Assembly: GCA_964511175.1 (NCBI GenBank)
Contig: CAZEEI010000006.1
Coordinates: forward strand, 73 to 64,072
Direction: 5' to 3'
Length of the DNA stretch: 64,000 bases
Source: an uncultured Pseudomonadales bacterium
GTDB lineage: Bacteria; Patescibacteriota; Microgenomatia; UBA1400; UBA1396
The notes under the pieces were generated by a model. It did no database searches, had not been told where the DNA came from, and saw only the letters and a program-made list of their open reading frames with translations. The translations under genes were made by a program, and so were the position numbers. Positions 9,705-19,043 of this stretch are shown piece after piece (position 1 is the first letter of the stretch; each line of letters starts with the position of its first letter).

Positions 9705-10892
9705 TCATATCCTTCCCCTAAAATCTGCCAAAACATTGTTGTAGTTAACGTAGGCTTCGTAGGGCGAGCCGTAAGGGCTAAAGTAGGCGTGGACGTCACC
9801 GTCGTTAGCCCATTTCGTACACATGTAGTAAAAATGGTCGCTAGTCTGGAGGCGGCGCCAATCTTCCGTCAGCCCAGGATTGCGCTGTGCCAATACCGAC
9901 TCTTCTAGTTCGTAAATAAGACGGAGAACATCATGCTGGAGCGGGTTACCCACCCAAGCGGTTAAATCGCGGTCAACGTCCGCCCAAGAAACCGGTGTGG
10001 AGGCATCATAAACTTCTTTAATTTGATGGGTAGTGACGGCTTGGGTAGGCGTCACAAATTGTGCCCAATTATTTTCGGCCAAAAGAGCCACTACCTTCTC
10101 AAAGAAAGGAAAAATACCGGTATCCTCCCATTGGTGTTCACCAAAAGTTTCAAAATCCATAAATAGGTTGAGTAGATCGTTGGCGCCGAACGGTGCCGTC
10201 AACCAATGGGCGTAAGTTTCGGCGGTTAGCGGCCAAGCCGCCCAACTGCGTTGGCTAAAACGAAAAGCAATGTCGTCCGATAAGCGGTAGTGTTTAAGCA
10301 GCAGCGGCAGGCGCGGCGCGGCCGGACTGGCGTATAAAGCGGTGGGCGCCCTATCGCCCAAAATCCGGTCGGCGCCTTCGGCCAGCATGCCTAAATAACC
10401 CATCGCTTCCACCAGGTGAGCAATGTCGTTAGACACAACTAATTCGGTGTTGCGGAAAACCAGCGGGCGCACGCCAAACAACCGGTTTACTAAACGGCCG
10501 TGATAGGCCACTTGCCGGTAAAACTCGGCGGGTGAATAAAGGGCGGCTAAGGAATGATAATAGGTTTCGGCCAGTATTTCGACCCGGCCAGTAGCCACAA
10601 TGTCCTGAATTAGTAGTAGTAAATCCGGCACAAACTGCTGGATTTGTTCCAAAGCCACGCCGGAAAAAGACAGCGCAAAACGAAAGTTGGGGTAGCGATC
10701 CAACAGGTACCGGAGCAAGCGGAACATGGGCCAGTAAGATTTAGCTGCAACTTTAGCCATCACCCGCTGGTTGGCAAAATCGAGTTCATTCGGGGTATTA
10801 AAATAGTCATGTTGGTTACCGACTTCAAACAGCGAGTAGCGGCGCAGGCGCCAGGGTTGATGAAGTTGAAAGTAGAGACAAAGTTGTGACAT
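9705..10892 (-). CDS. glycoside hydrolase family 57 (alpha-glucan branching / 4-alpha-glucanotransferase type)
   Basis: N-terminal LYFQLHQPWR motif typical of GH57; start at MSQLCLYF 3 nt after stop of upstream GT. Confidence 0.8.
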   Translation of the reverse strand: MSQLCLYFQLHQPWRLRRYSLFEVGNQHDYFNTPNELDFANQRVMAKVAAKSYWPMFRLLRYLLDRYPNFRFALSFSGVALEQIQQFVPDLLLLIQDIVATGRVEILAETYYHSLAALYSPAEFYRQVAYHGRLVNRLFGVRPLVFRNTELVVSNDIAHLVEAMGYLGMLAEGADRILGDRAPTALYASPAAPRLPLLLKHYRLSDDIAFRFSQRSWAAWPLTAETYAHWLTAPFGANDLLNLFMDFETFGEHQWEDTGIFPFFEKVVALLAENNWAQFVTPTQAVTTHQIKEVYDASTPVSWADVDRDLTAWVGNPLQHDVLRLIYELEESVLAQRNPGLTEDWRRLQTSDHFYYMCTKWANDGDVHAYFSPYGSPYEAYVNYNNVLADFRGRI

Positions 10893-10894
10893 AT

Positions 10895-12079
10895 TTAGCC
10901 CAAGACCAGACGATAAACCTGCCGCAGCGCCTGCGCCGCCCGCTGCCAAGTCATTTGCTTGGCTTCCTGACTGACTTTTTGGCCTCGCTCCTGTTGTAGA
11001 GGTCGATTATGGATTAATTCGAGGATGGTGGCGGTCATCCGGTTGACGTCCCAAAAATCGATGGCATAAGCGTGCGGCAATACCTCCGCCACCCCGGCAC
11101 TTTTGGCCACAATTACTGGTGTTTCCGTCAGCGCTGCTTCCAAAGCAGAAATACCAAATGGTTCAGAAACCGAGGGCATCACAAAAACGTCTGCCCGTCG
11201 GTAGAGATAGTCCTTTTCACGGTCATGCAAGAAACCGGCAAATAAAACCGAGCCAGACATACCTTGGTAAGCTGAGCTGACTAGCAGCTGGTGATACATA
11301 TCGCCTTGGCCGGCAAAAACAAACACGGCATTTTTGACTTCGGTCAGAACTTGCCGCGCCACTGCTAAGAAATATTCCGGTCCCTTTTGGATCGTGAGCC
11401 GTCCCACAAAGACGATCACTGGCCGATCCTGCAAAAAATTGGGTAGAGCTTGGGTATGAAACTCCGGATTAGGGTCAACCCCGTTATAAACTACGTCGAT
11501 TTTATCCGCCGGGATACCGTAGTCCTGCACCAACTGCTGCTTGGTATAGTGACTAACTGCCACGACCCGATCGGCTCGATTTAACCCCCAGCGTTCAATG
11601 GCTTCGACCTGAGCGTGCGGCCAACCACCGCCGCTGCGATCCCGCGCGGTGCTATGAATATGCACCACTAGCGGGCGTTTGGTTTGTTGGCTAGCTTGTA
11701 CACCCGCGGGGATACTCATCCAATCATGGGCGTGCACTAGGGATGGCGAAAACTGCCGTGACACCTCTCCTACCACCTGCCCGTAACGTTCGACTTCGGT
11801 GATCATGTCCACCGGGTAAGAACGAGGTGAATCAACCGCGGATTGCCAGTATGGCTCCAAGTTGGCGTTTACTTGAATCATTGCCATTTCCAAACCGGGA
11901 GCATATTGATAATTGAGGCGGCGGTAAGCCTGTCCAGATGGATCATACTTAGGCAAAAAGAAAGCGATGGGTAGACCAGTAGTCAACAACCCGCGGGCTA
12001 AACCATGACAGGCCACCCCCAACCCGCCACTGTGATGGGGCGGAAATTCCCAACCAATCATTAAGACAGGTTTGTCCAT
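10895..12079 (-). CDS. glycosyltransferase GT4/GT5 (glycogen-synthase-like)
   Basis: N-terminal WEFPPHHSGGLGVACHGLARGL (GT-B, glycogen/starch synthase-like), C-terminal E-x7-E region; adjacent GH57 and GH15. Confidence 0.7.
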   Translation of the reverse strand: MDKPVLMIGWEFPPHHSGGLGVACHGLARGLLTTGLPIAFFLPKYDPSGQAYRRLNYQYAPGLEMAMIQVNANLEPYWQSAVDSPRSYPVDMITEVERYGQVVGEVSRQFSPSLVHAHDWMSIPAGVQASQQTKRPLVVHIHSTARDRSGGGWPHAQVEAIERWGLNRADRVVAVSHYTKQQLVQDYGIPADKIDVVYNGVDPNPEFHTQALPNFLQDRPVIVFVGRLTIQKGPEYFLAVARQVLTEVKNAVFVFAGQGDMYHQLLVSSAYQGMSGSVLFAGFLHDREKDYLYRRADVFVMPSVSEPFGISALEAALTETPVIVAKSAGVAEVLPHAYAIDFWDVNRMTATILELIHNRPLQQERGQKVSQEAKQMTWQRAAQALRQVYRLVLG

Positions 12080-12100
12080 GTGCTCGCCCTAAAAACGTGA

Positions 12101-13729
12101 TTAAGGCGAAATGCGCTCGGCCAAGATAATCACTACTGCCTGGCCTTCGGCCTCCGGCTCTTTAATTTGCGGGGCGCGCTTAAGTTCAACACCTAATTCT
12201 TCCGCCAGCACAGCAATGAGCTCTTCCCGATCGGTGAAAATGAAAGTGGCACCGTCGTAGGCACCCTCAGCGTTGCCCGTCTGGACTTTATTCCAACCGG
12301 CTTTATTTAACTTGGTCTTAACTCGACCAGCCAAACCAGCAACACCGGTGGCATTAAGAACCATAATCTTGGTTTGTTGTTTAACTTCCGAGGCCACCTG
12401 CGCCGATTCGCTGGCAACAGGCGTGGGAGTTGGCGCCGGGGTGGGTTCTGGCGTAGGAGTAACTAGCTGCGCTTCGGGTAACAAGGGCGGGCCTGGTGAC
12501 CAAACTTGTTTGGACCAGAGTATAGCTCCCCCAACTACACCAGTAATAATTGCTACCGCCAAGAAAACTAACACCGGTCCTCGCCAATTCGAGCGCTGTG
12601 GCACTTCCAAGTAACGGTCAGCGTTATCCTCTACTGCCACACTGGGCTGCAGTTGCGAAACCAAAACTGGTTCGGCCGGCTCTGGAACAGTAGGTACGAT
12701 CACTGATAGTAATTCTGGTTCGGGCTCTGCTTTTATTGGTGCTGATTTGACTGCATCTTCCGGCGGTTCTTCTTCTACTTCTACTTCGACTCTGACCGGT
12801 AAAGTCGGTCTAGGCAAATCTTCAGCAGCCGGCAGTTCTGGTAAATCTGGCTCAGGTAAAACCGGCTGAGATTTGGCTGGCGGGATTAGCGCTGGTTCAC
12901 TTTTGGTCTTTTTATTTTCGACCATCTCAAAGTGGAGTAGTTCCCCAAGAGTAGCCGCTCCTTTATCCATCACCGCCGCCACTACGGCACCTAAATCGGT
13001 GTTGGCATCCTCTGGTAGTAGAGCGTGTACGGCCACCGACTCACCCACCGCCTTGGTTACTTGCTCCTTAGTTTTAGCGTCACTGTGCAAATAAAGCAGG
13101 TGTGTTTCTTTACGTTCGGCTTGGCGTGATATGGCGTACTCACGCAGGTCCGGAACCGCAATTACCCGAGCGTCATCCACGCCCAAATAATGATGGGAAA
13201 CCAAGACCCGATCCGGCCTGAGTACTACGGCGATCAGGGCTGGCTCAACCGCCTTGAGCGAAGCCACAAACCAACCGAAAGGCATCAGCCAGGATTTCTT
13301 GGCTGCCAAAGCAGCTAACCAGGCCTCAATCCTTTGATAAACCTCTTTCTCCACACCAGAAACACTAACTTGCACTTCTTCTCTGCCGAGCGGGAAACGC
13401 TGGGAGGCAAATTCGTAAGCGGCTAAATCGATATGATGCTTTTTTTCGAGTAATTTGGCCAGATTATCATCGCTATACTGGTCTTTTTTATTAGGCACCA
13501 CCACTTGCAAATGGCCGCACGCCGCATCCGATACTAACGCCAAAACAGCGCCGTCTTGAACCTTACCGCGTAATTCGTCGTCAGGTAAATTGTCCAGACT
13601 GTAATGCCCAGATAGCTGCTCCCAGCTGTTTTTGTTTTGGACATAGACCAAAACATCACCATTATCAAAGAAAACTACCGTTCGGAAGGCAGGCGAAGCA
13701 CTCATGTGGACAGTATGACAATTCGGCAA
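12101..13729 (-). CDS. bitopic membrane protein with cytoplasmic N-domain, Pro/Glu-rich linker and extracellular LytR_C domain
   Basis: C-terminal IMVLNATGVAGLAGRVKTKLNKAGWNKVQTGNAEG...IFTD matches LytR_C (cell envelope attenuator C-terminal) pattern; one TM segment; PEPTPAPTPTP linker. Confidence 0.6.
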   Translation of the reverse strand: MPNCHTVHMSASPAFRTVVFFDNGDVLVYVQNKNSWEQLSGHYSLDNLPDDELRGKVQDGAVLALVSDAACGHLQVVVPNKKDQYSDDNLAKLLEKKHHIDLAAYEFASQRFPLGREEVQVSVSGVEKEVYQRIEAWLAALAAKKSWLMPFGWFVASLKAVEPALIAVVLRPDRVLVSHHYLGVDDARVIAVPDLREYAISRQAERKETHLLYLHSDAKTKEQVTKAVGESVAVHALLPEDANTDLGAVVAAVMDKGAATLGELLHFEMVENKKTKSEPALIPPAKSQPVLPEPDLPELPAAEDLPRPTLPVRVEVEVEEEPPEDAVKSAPIKAEPEPELLSVIVPTVPEPAEPVLVSQLQPSVAVEDNADRYLEVPQRSNWRGPVLVFLAVAIITGVVGGAILWSKQVWSPGPPLLPEAQLVTPTPEPTPAPTPTPVASESAQVASEVKQQTKIMVLNATGVAGLAGRVKTKLNKAGWNKVQTGNAEGAYDGATFIFTDREELIAVLAEELGVELKRAPQIKEPEAEGQAVVIILAERISP

Positions 13730-13749
13730 TAATTCTGCAAGTGAAATAT

Positions 13750-14610
13750 CTAGCGTCGCTTGCCTAGACGGACGCGGCTAATTCCCAGAGACAGGGCACC
13801 AAAGCCGATAATCGCCAGAGCTACGGTCTGGCCGGTGGAACCAGCCTGTGGCAGCTCCTCCGGCACTACGGTTGGCGTAGCCTCAACCGTGGTGGTACCA
13901 GTTGGCGTTGGAGTTGGGGTGGCAGCAGCGCAGGTACAATCGGTTTCCCCCGTGCATTGCGCGTTGCGGCAGTAACCTTCACTGCAGGTCAGGGTGCTGG
14001 GACAGTCGCTGTTGGTGTAGCAGTTGTCGTTACATTGTGGGTTCGGGGTTGGGGTGGGTGTCGCCGTAGGCGTTGGCGTTGGGGTTGGCGTAGGCGTTGG
14101 GGTTGGCGTAGGCGTTGGGGTAGGAGTTGGAGTCGGAATATAGAGGTAAGACTTACTGCAATTAGCCGACACACTCGCATCAGTAGCACAATAATCACCG
14201 GCACAAGGAATACAACGCACTGCCAAATAATCACCAGGCGTAATAGCTGGTGAAGTACTACTGGCACTATCGGCTATCTCGGTGTAAGCACCATCGGCCG
14301 TAGTCTGCTGCTGGAAAATATACCGATCCGTACCAGCGGCACCAGTACAGACAAAGGTCATGGCCGTACCTGGAACAAATTCTTGCGCTGTAGTTAATGA
14401 TAGACAAACGTTACCAATCTCAAATTGTAGCGAACAAATATTAGCGGCGGCGCGCGGACGGGAACTAGGTGCGGTTGGTGCCAGTGGACCACTGGCCTGG
14501 CGAATAAAGTAAACTACACCCAATAAGGCCGCCGTGAACACTAACAACGAAGCCGCTGCTACCGCAGTGCGTTGTTTCTTTAGCCAGATTTTTAGTTTAG
14601 TTAAGTCCAT
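13750..14610 (-). CDS. secreted Cys-containing protein with (TP)n linker and C-terminal sorting-like signal
   Basis: N-terminal signal/TM; TPTPTPTP x~20; C-terminus ELPQAGSTG + hydrophobic segment + RVRLGKRR. Confidence 0.6.
   Translation of the reverse strand: MDLTKLKIWLKKQRTAVAAASLLVFTAALLGVVYFIRQASGPLAPTAPSSRPRAAANICSLQFEIGNVCLSLTTAQEFVPGTAMTFVCTGAAGTDRYIFQQQTTADGAYTEIADSASSTSPAITPGDYLAVRCIPCAGDYCATDASVSANCSKSYLYIPTPTPTPTPTPTPTPTPTPTPTPTATPTPTPNPQCNDNCYTNSDCPSTLTCSEGYCRNAQCTGETDCTCAAATPTPTPTGTTTVEATPTVVPEELPQAGSTGQTVALAIIGFGALSLGISRVRLGKRR
14040..14140. repeat. tandem hexanucleotide-type repeat (GGCGTTGGGGTT...) encoding (TP)n
   Basis: seen directly; inside 13750-14610; produces mirror ORFs on other frames. 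Confidence 0.5.
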
Positions 14611-14629
14611 ATTTTGATTCTATTCGCTA

Positions 14630-17158
14630 TTACTCCAGAATACCTGAGTCAGTGGCCTCCTCCGTGGTTTCTGCCGAAGTAGTTGCTTCCTCAGTTTCCT
14701 CAGTCGACTCAGTTGAGGTTGGCGGTAACTCTGGGCCACCGATTGGGTCAGCCGTGGACTCCCAAATCTGACATAAATCGTTGGCGGCGCAGGGTCGGCA
14801 CTGTACAACATAGCGGCCTACCTGGGTAATGGCCAAATCCTGCGATTGGTTGCTCGTTGACGAGACTGGTGCCAGGCTAGTCCAAGTTAGGTTATCGTTC
14901 GTGCTGCTCTGGGTAAAGGCGTAACGGAAATCATAGCGGACAGCGTTAGTTACGGTAGCGCAAGTAAAGTTAACACTGTCCCCCAACTGAGGGTCGGCGT
15001 TGGAAGCAAAAATGTCAATACACATAGGTGCAGGCGGTTGTTCGCAGACACATTGTTCATTTTGCTCGCTAACCGGACATTGGGTAGAACGACAAACCCC
15101 ATCTAAACAAGACAGGCTGCCGCCAACACAGATTGCGTCGTTAGCGCCAGCTCCACAAGCCTGATTGCAACCGGCGGTGGGTGTATCATCATCCTCTTCT
15201 TCAGTAGTAGTAGTGGTAGTGATTGTTTCTTGCGATTGAGCCAGGGCGGTAGTGGTAGCCGGCACTATCGGGGCTGGGGTAATTGGTTTACCAGCGGCAC
15301 CGCAGGAATCAATACCAGCATCACCGATACAAGTAACAACACTATTTCCCGTCAAATCCTTACAGAAACAGTTGCGGCCATTGGCACAACCAACAAACTT
15401 GCCATTGCTTGGCTCGCCATTACTCTGCTGCGATATTCCTGCACTATTGCATTTGGCGCCTTCCGTAACTTCTGGTGCACAGGCATCAGACTTAACACAA
15501 TCAGCAGACAGCACTCCGGCTGAAGTACAAACACGCTGATGTTGAGCCGGACAATCGCCAGCCGCACCACAAGCGCCGCGATCACCACCACGCTGGGTAG
15601 TAATAATTTGTCCACCAGGAGCATAATCATTGGGAGGATAAATCATCCCCTGACGAATGCCTGGGTTACAGGGAGTGTCTTTCCCGCCAGCAATCGTTTG
15701 GCCCCTGGTTTCACCGCCGGTATAAAGACCGCCAGCACCACCATTCACATAATATGCGGTGCCGGTACCGTACTTCCCTAAAGCACTCGGGCTTAAACTA
15801 TTTGTACTTAAGAAAACAGGGTCGCCGTCATCGTCATAAAAACCAATCTTAGGTAGGCTGACACCAAGTACACTAATTGGTGAACCCGAAGTCGTAAGAC
15901 CACTCATCGTTTTTTTACTATCATAAATAGTAACTGCACTCCCTGTGTTGGTGCCAAATTCGGAATTACGAAATTCGTCGCGATCTATACAAATCGCACC
16001 GTTCTGGCCACCACTTGTTTTACAAGTAAATTGCAGGGTAAAAGAGCTGTTACAAACTGCTCCTTTAGCATCAGTATTGCAATAACTATCTGCCAAAGCC
16101 AACTCACCACACGCGCGTAATTCAACCTCACCCACGGCCTTTTTCTGACAATCGATAATACCCTGTTGAAGATCAACTTTTAGGTACCCATACTGCGTCC
16201 CCGCCAACTCCGGCCGCCCCATCTGGCTGGCACAACTGGCGTTCACTAACGTACCACATTTTTGGTTACATTCACCGTTAATCTTGATTCGCGAACAAGA
16301 ATACAGACCACCCGCGCCACCACAATACGCGTGAGAAGAATCCGTACTTTCCCAGTTTTTCAGTCCAGCACAGGGATCACTCCCTTGATCCGTACCATAA
16401 GGAAGAGGCATGTCACGAACTTCCGCCGAACCACCACTGATCACCGTACCGCCCGTAGCTGAAGTAAAGTTGGCCGGTAAAACACCACTCCAGTTACCGG
16501 TAGCCAAAGCCGTAGCATAAGCACTACCACCCACCGCACCAGCGTTAGGATCAGCGTTGTACTCATACCCCATCGCTGCAATCGCCTGTGCCTGCTGGTT
16601 ACCACTACCCACTAAAGTCTGAGCCTGGGCAATCTGCGCCTTTACCGCGTCGCTCTGATACATCGATGCAGAATTAACCACTTTCTGTCCGGCAGTCGCT
16701 GCTTGTTCACTGGTAAGCTGACCCAACTGCCGCATCGATTCGACAATCGCCAACTGACGCACGGCTTCCGCCGCCCGTTGGGCTGCATTAGTCTGGGCGT
16801 GCTGTGCCGTATCAGCCGCCGACTGCTGGGAAAGTTGCGCGGCGGCTTGCTGTAAACTCTGGTCGACCGCCGCATTAACCTGCTCGGTACTCATGCCTTC
16901 GGTATTAAACTGCGGCTGACCATTGCCCTGACCATCGCACCAAATTGGGTTGCCCCAACTACCATTGTCACAACGGTAAGCACAACCGTTACCAGCATTA
17001 CGCGACTCCGTACCACAAGATGCCCAACCGTCGCAACAGCACCAACCATCACAAGCGGCGCGCGCTACTTCAGCTCGGGATAAGACCAGCACCAAAACAC
17101 CAGCTGCCAGCACCAACTTGGTTAGAATGGTACTGGTTAGTTTTTTTCGATTGATCAT
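14630..17158 (-). CDS. large secreted Cys-rich protein (842 aa)
   Basis: signal peptide; N-terminal CDGWCCCDGWASCG module; Ala/Gln-rich region; several CxxxC...C modules; C-terminal domain shared with 13750-14610. Confidence 0.65.
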   Translation of the reverse strand: MINRKKLTSTILTKLVLAAGVLVLVLSRAEVARAACDGWCCCDGWASCGTESRNAGNGCAYRCDNGSWGNPIWCDGQGNGQPQFNTEGMSTEQVNAAVDQSLQQAAAQLSQQSAADTAQHAQTNAAQRAAEAVRQLAIVESMRQLGQLTSEQAATAGQKVVNSASMYQSDAVKAQIAQAQTLVGSGNQQAQAIAAMGYEYNADPNAGAVGGSAYATALATGNWSGVLPANFTSATGGTVISGGSAEVRDMPLPYGTDQGSDPCAGLKNWESTDSSHAYCGGAGGLYSCSRIKINGECNQKCGTLVNASCASQMGRPELAGTQYGYLKVDLQQGIIDCQKKAVGEVELRACGELALADSYCNTDAKGAVCNSSFTLQFTCKTSGGQNGAICIDRDEFRNSEFGTNTGSAVTIYDSKKTMSGLTTSGSPISVLGVSLPKIGFYDDDGDPVFLSTNSLSPSALGKYGTGTAYYVNGGAGGLYTGGETRGQTIAGGKDTPCNPGIRQGMIYPPNDYAPGGQIITTQRGGDRGACGAAGDCPAQHQRVCTSAGVLSADCVKSDACAPEVTEGAKCNSAGISQQSNGEPSNGKFVGCANGRNCFCKDLTGNSVVTCIGDAGIDSCGAAGKPITPAPIVPATTTALAQSQETITTTTTTEEEDDDTPTAGCNQACGAGANDAICVGGSLSCLDGVCRSTQCPVSEQNEQCVCEQPPAPMCIDIFASNADPQLGDSVNFTCATVTNAVRYDFRYAFTQSSTNDNLTWTSLAPVSSTSNQSQDLAITQVGRYVVQCRPCAANDLCQIWESTADPIGGPELPPTSTESTEETEEATTSAETTEEATDSGILE

Positions 17159-18057
17159 TATTTCACCTTACTAAAGTCAGCTGCCGCGAACCGGATACCT
17201 GGTTTATCTGGCTCACTGGGACTATCGGCACTAAAGAATACTTTAGGGTACTGAGTGCGTACGTCACCAGCAAACTTAGCTACAAAATATACTACACTAG
17301 ACTCTAGCCCTCGGTCGACCCTTTCGCCAGCATCACCGCGTTTGGCATCAGCCCCCTCGATCCACAGCACTGGCGCGTGATCTGCTACTATCGGGAAATC
17401 GTTTAGTGTGGCGTAAATTAAGGTTGAGTCACTCTTAGAATCGTAGGCCTGAAAAACAATGCCGCCAACGCCTAAGCTCTCTTGATAGTTGGGAAGAGTT
17501 TTATCCGAACCCAAATTGATTACTTTGGCTTTGGGATACAGCAGAGTTAATTGGTTAAACAGCGTGGCTTTTTCACTTTCCTTAATGGAGGGCGAAACAT
17601 TATCCGTACCCACACCAATCGTGCGATTCTCCGCCGCACTAGCCGGGCGGGAGGGTGTTTGTGTCACGGCTGTGCGGGAAGCTGAAGTCGGCCACAATAA
17701 CCAAATTAAACCGCCAACAATAACTAATAGACCAATCACCCCCAAAATAATCAGCTGGCGTCGATCGTTTGACTTAGAACCAACTGCAGTTTGACTGACC
17801 ACACCGGCTGTACTCGGCGTTTGCCCGCTTGGCTGCCCCAACAAACTATTCACTACCGGATTTTCCGCTGGGGATACTGGCTTAACTGGTGTCACCGGAC
17901 TGACCGGCAAAACACTAGGAACTGGCGTGGGTGTTAAAGTTGGCGCGGCGGCGGTATCGCCCGGCACGGATTGATAATAAGCGTTAACTGGCTTAGCCTG
18001 ACCCACTGAGGGTTCGGCGATGGGCTGGGTTTGGTCTTTTGGCAGGTCATTATCCAT
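17158..18057 (-). CDS. Pro-rich bitopic membrane protein (299 aa)
   Basis: 1-nt overlap with downstream gene; N-terminal Pro/Thr-rich, one TM, C-terminal globular domain. Confidence 0.5.
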   Translation of the reverse strand: MDNDLPKDQTQPIAEPSVGQAKPVNAYYQSVPGDTAAAPTLTPTPVPSVLPVSPVTPVKPVSPAENPVVNSLLGQPSGQTPSTAGVVSQTAVGSKSNDRRQLIILGVIGLLVIVGGLIWLLWPTSASRTAVTQTPSRPASAAENRTIGVGTDNVSPSIKESEKATLFNQLTLLYPKAKVINLGSDKTLPNYQESLGVGGIVFQAYDSKSDSTLIYATLNDFPIVADHAPVLWIEGADAKRGDAGERVDRGLESSVVYFVAKFAGDVRTQYPKVFFSADSPSEPDKPGIRFAAADFSKVK

Positions 18058-18117
18058 ATTTAATGGTTCACTCTAGAATAAGTATGACAAGAAAATGTTT
18101 GAGAGGCAAGATGAAAG

Positions 18118-19041
18118 TTACTCCATAGTAGGTGGTTGATTATCGGGGATTGTGGGTGGCATTACGGTTTTTGGTACATCAGTTGGTATGATTGGCTGCG
18201 GCGTCACCGATTTTGCCCCAGCAGCAACCGTTTTCCCCGAACGGCGGTATAAATAACCGACTAACACCAGAATGAACAGGCCTAGTCCTAAAACTAATGC
18301 CGCAGCGATTAGTCGGTTGCGGCTAGGCAAGGCCGGGCTTACCGAAACTGGTGCTGGGGTTGTTTCCGCCGTCACCTCTTCTGGCGCTTCAACTGCCGGT
18401 GTAGAATCAATAATCTCTGTCTGGGGTGTGACCGACGGCACCGGCACAGCGGTAACATCTTCATCACCAATAATGCTCTCTACGGCAATCGGTGGTGCTG
18501 GGGTTGCACTCGCCTGACCAGAAGCAGTGAGGGACACACCAGTCACTTTGCCCAGAACGTCCACTGCGTCGGCCTTGCGCAGCACCTGCGTTTGGGAAGT
18601 ATCAAAGGTAAGCTGCTTGGCAGTAAAAGCAGTCGTCGAACGCAGGGTGAGGGTGGCGATTTTAACTTCACCGTTAACGGTATAGCCGGTTGGTTCGGTA
18701 GTGAGACCAACAATATCGATCACCGTTTGGCCGTCAGCATTCACCGAAGACTGCACGGGAAACATCCAACCCAGACTGGCATTAGGTAAAATAGATACCA
18801 CATTCAAGTCATTGGGGCTGGGCGCGTCATAAGTAACACGGATGGCCACGCCGGTAATCGGTTGGGTGTCACTGGATAACACCACATCCACTTTAAAATC
18901 ACGGCCAGGCGAAGCCGTAGCGCTAGCGGGCACAAAACTTAAACTCGCTTTGCCACCAGACTGAAAAGCGGCAACCGGCGAAACCAAAACTAAGATCAAC
19001 AAACCAAAACCGGTGATTGCTTGGCAGGCTCTTTTTAACAT
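18118..19041 (-). CDS. cohesin-domain protein, membrane-anchored via C-terminal TM
   Basis: signal peptide; ~150 aa beta-sandwich matching cohesin pattern (GRDFKVDVVLSS...GVAIRVTYDAP..LNVVSI...IATLTLRSTTAFTAKQLTFD); PT/PAP linker; TM + YRRSGK. Confidence 0.6.
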   Translation of the reverse strand: MLKRACQAITGFGLLILVLVSPVAAFQSGGKASLSFVPASATASPGRDFKVDVVLSSDTQPITGVAIRVTYDAPSPNDLNVVSILPNASLGWMFPVQSSVNADGQTVIDIVGLTTEPTGYTVNGEVKIATLTLRSTTAFTAKQLTFDTSQTQVLRKADAVDVLGKVTGVSLTASGQASATPAPPIAVESIIGDEDVTAVPVPSVTPQTEIIDSTPAVEAPEEVTAETTPAPVSVSPALPSRNRLIAAALVLGLGLFILVLVGYLYRRSGKTVAAGAKSVTPQPIIPTDVPKTVMPPTIPDNQPPTME

Positions 19042-19043
19042 AT

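Noticed and set aside
7741-10215. Multiple 60-110 aa ORFs antisense to GH15/GH57 (e.g. 7741-8001, 8528-8836, 9570-9908, 10033-10215)
   Set aside because: Fully nested antisense within well-supported enzyme genes in a GC-rich region; typical spurious long antisense frames.
12101-13729. N-terminal cytoplasmic domain as PilM (actin-like) partner of the PilN/PilO-like genes
   Set aside because: No phosphate-binding DxGxxxxK/GG motifs visible and the gene is 10 kb away from the PilN-like gene; left as unassigned N-domain.
13957-14253. Arg/Trp-rich 98-aa ORF and similar mirror ORFs (13989-14267, 31139-31321, 31062-31328, 12273-12614)
   Set aside because: They lie antisense or out of frame within (TP)n-encoding tandem repeats of real secreted-protein genes; they are compositional artefacts.
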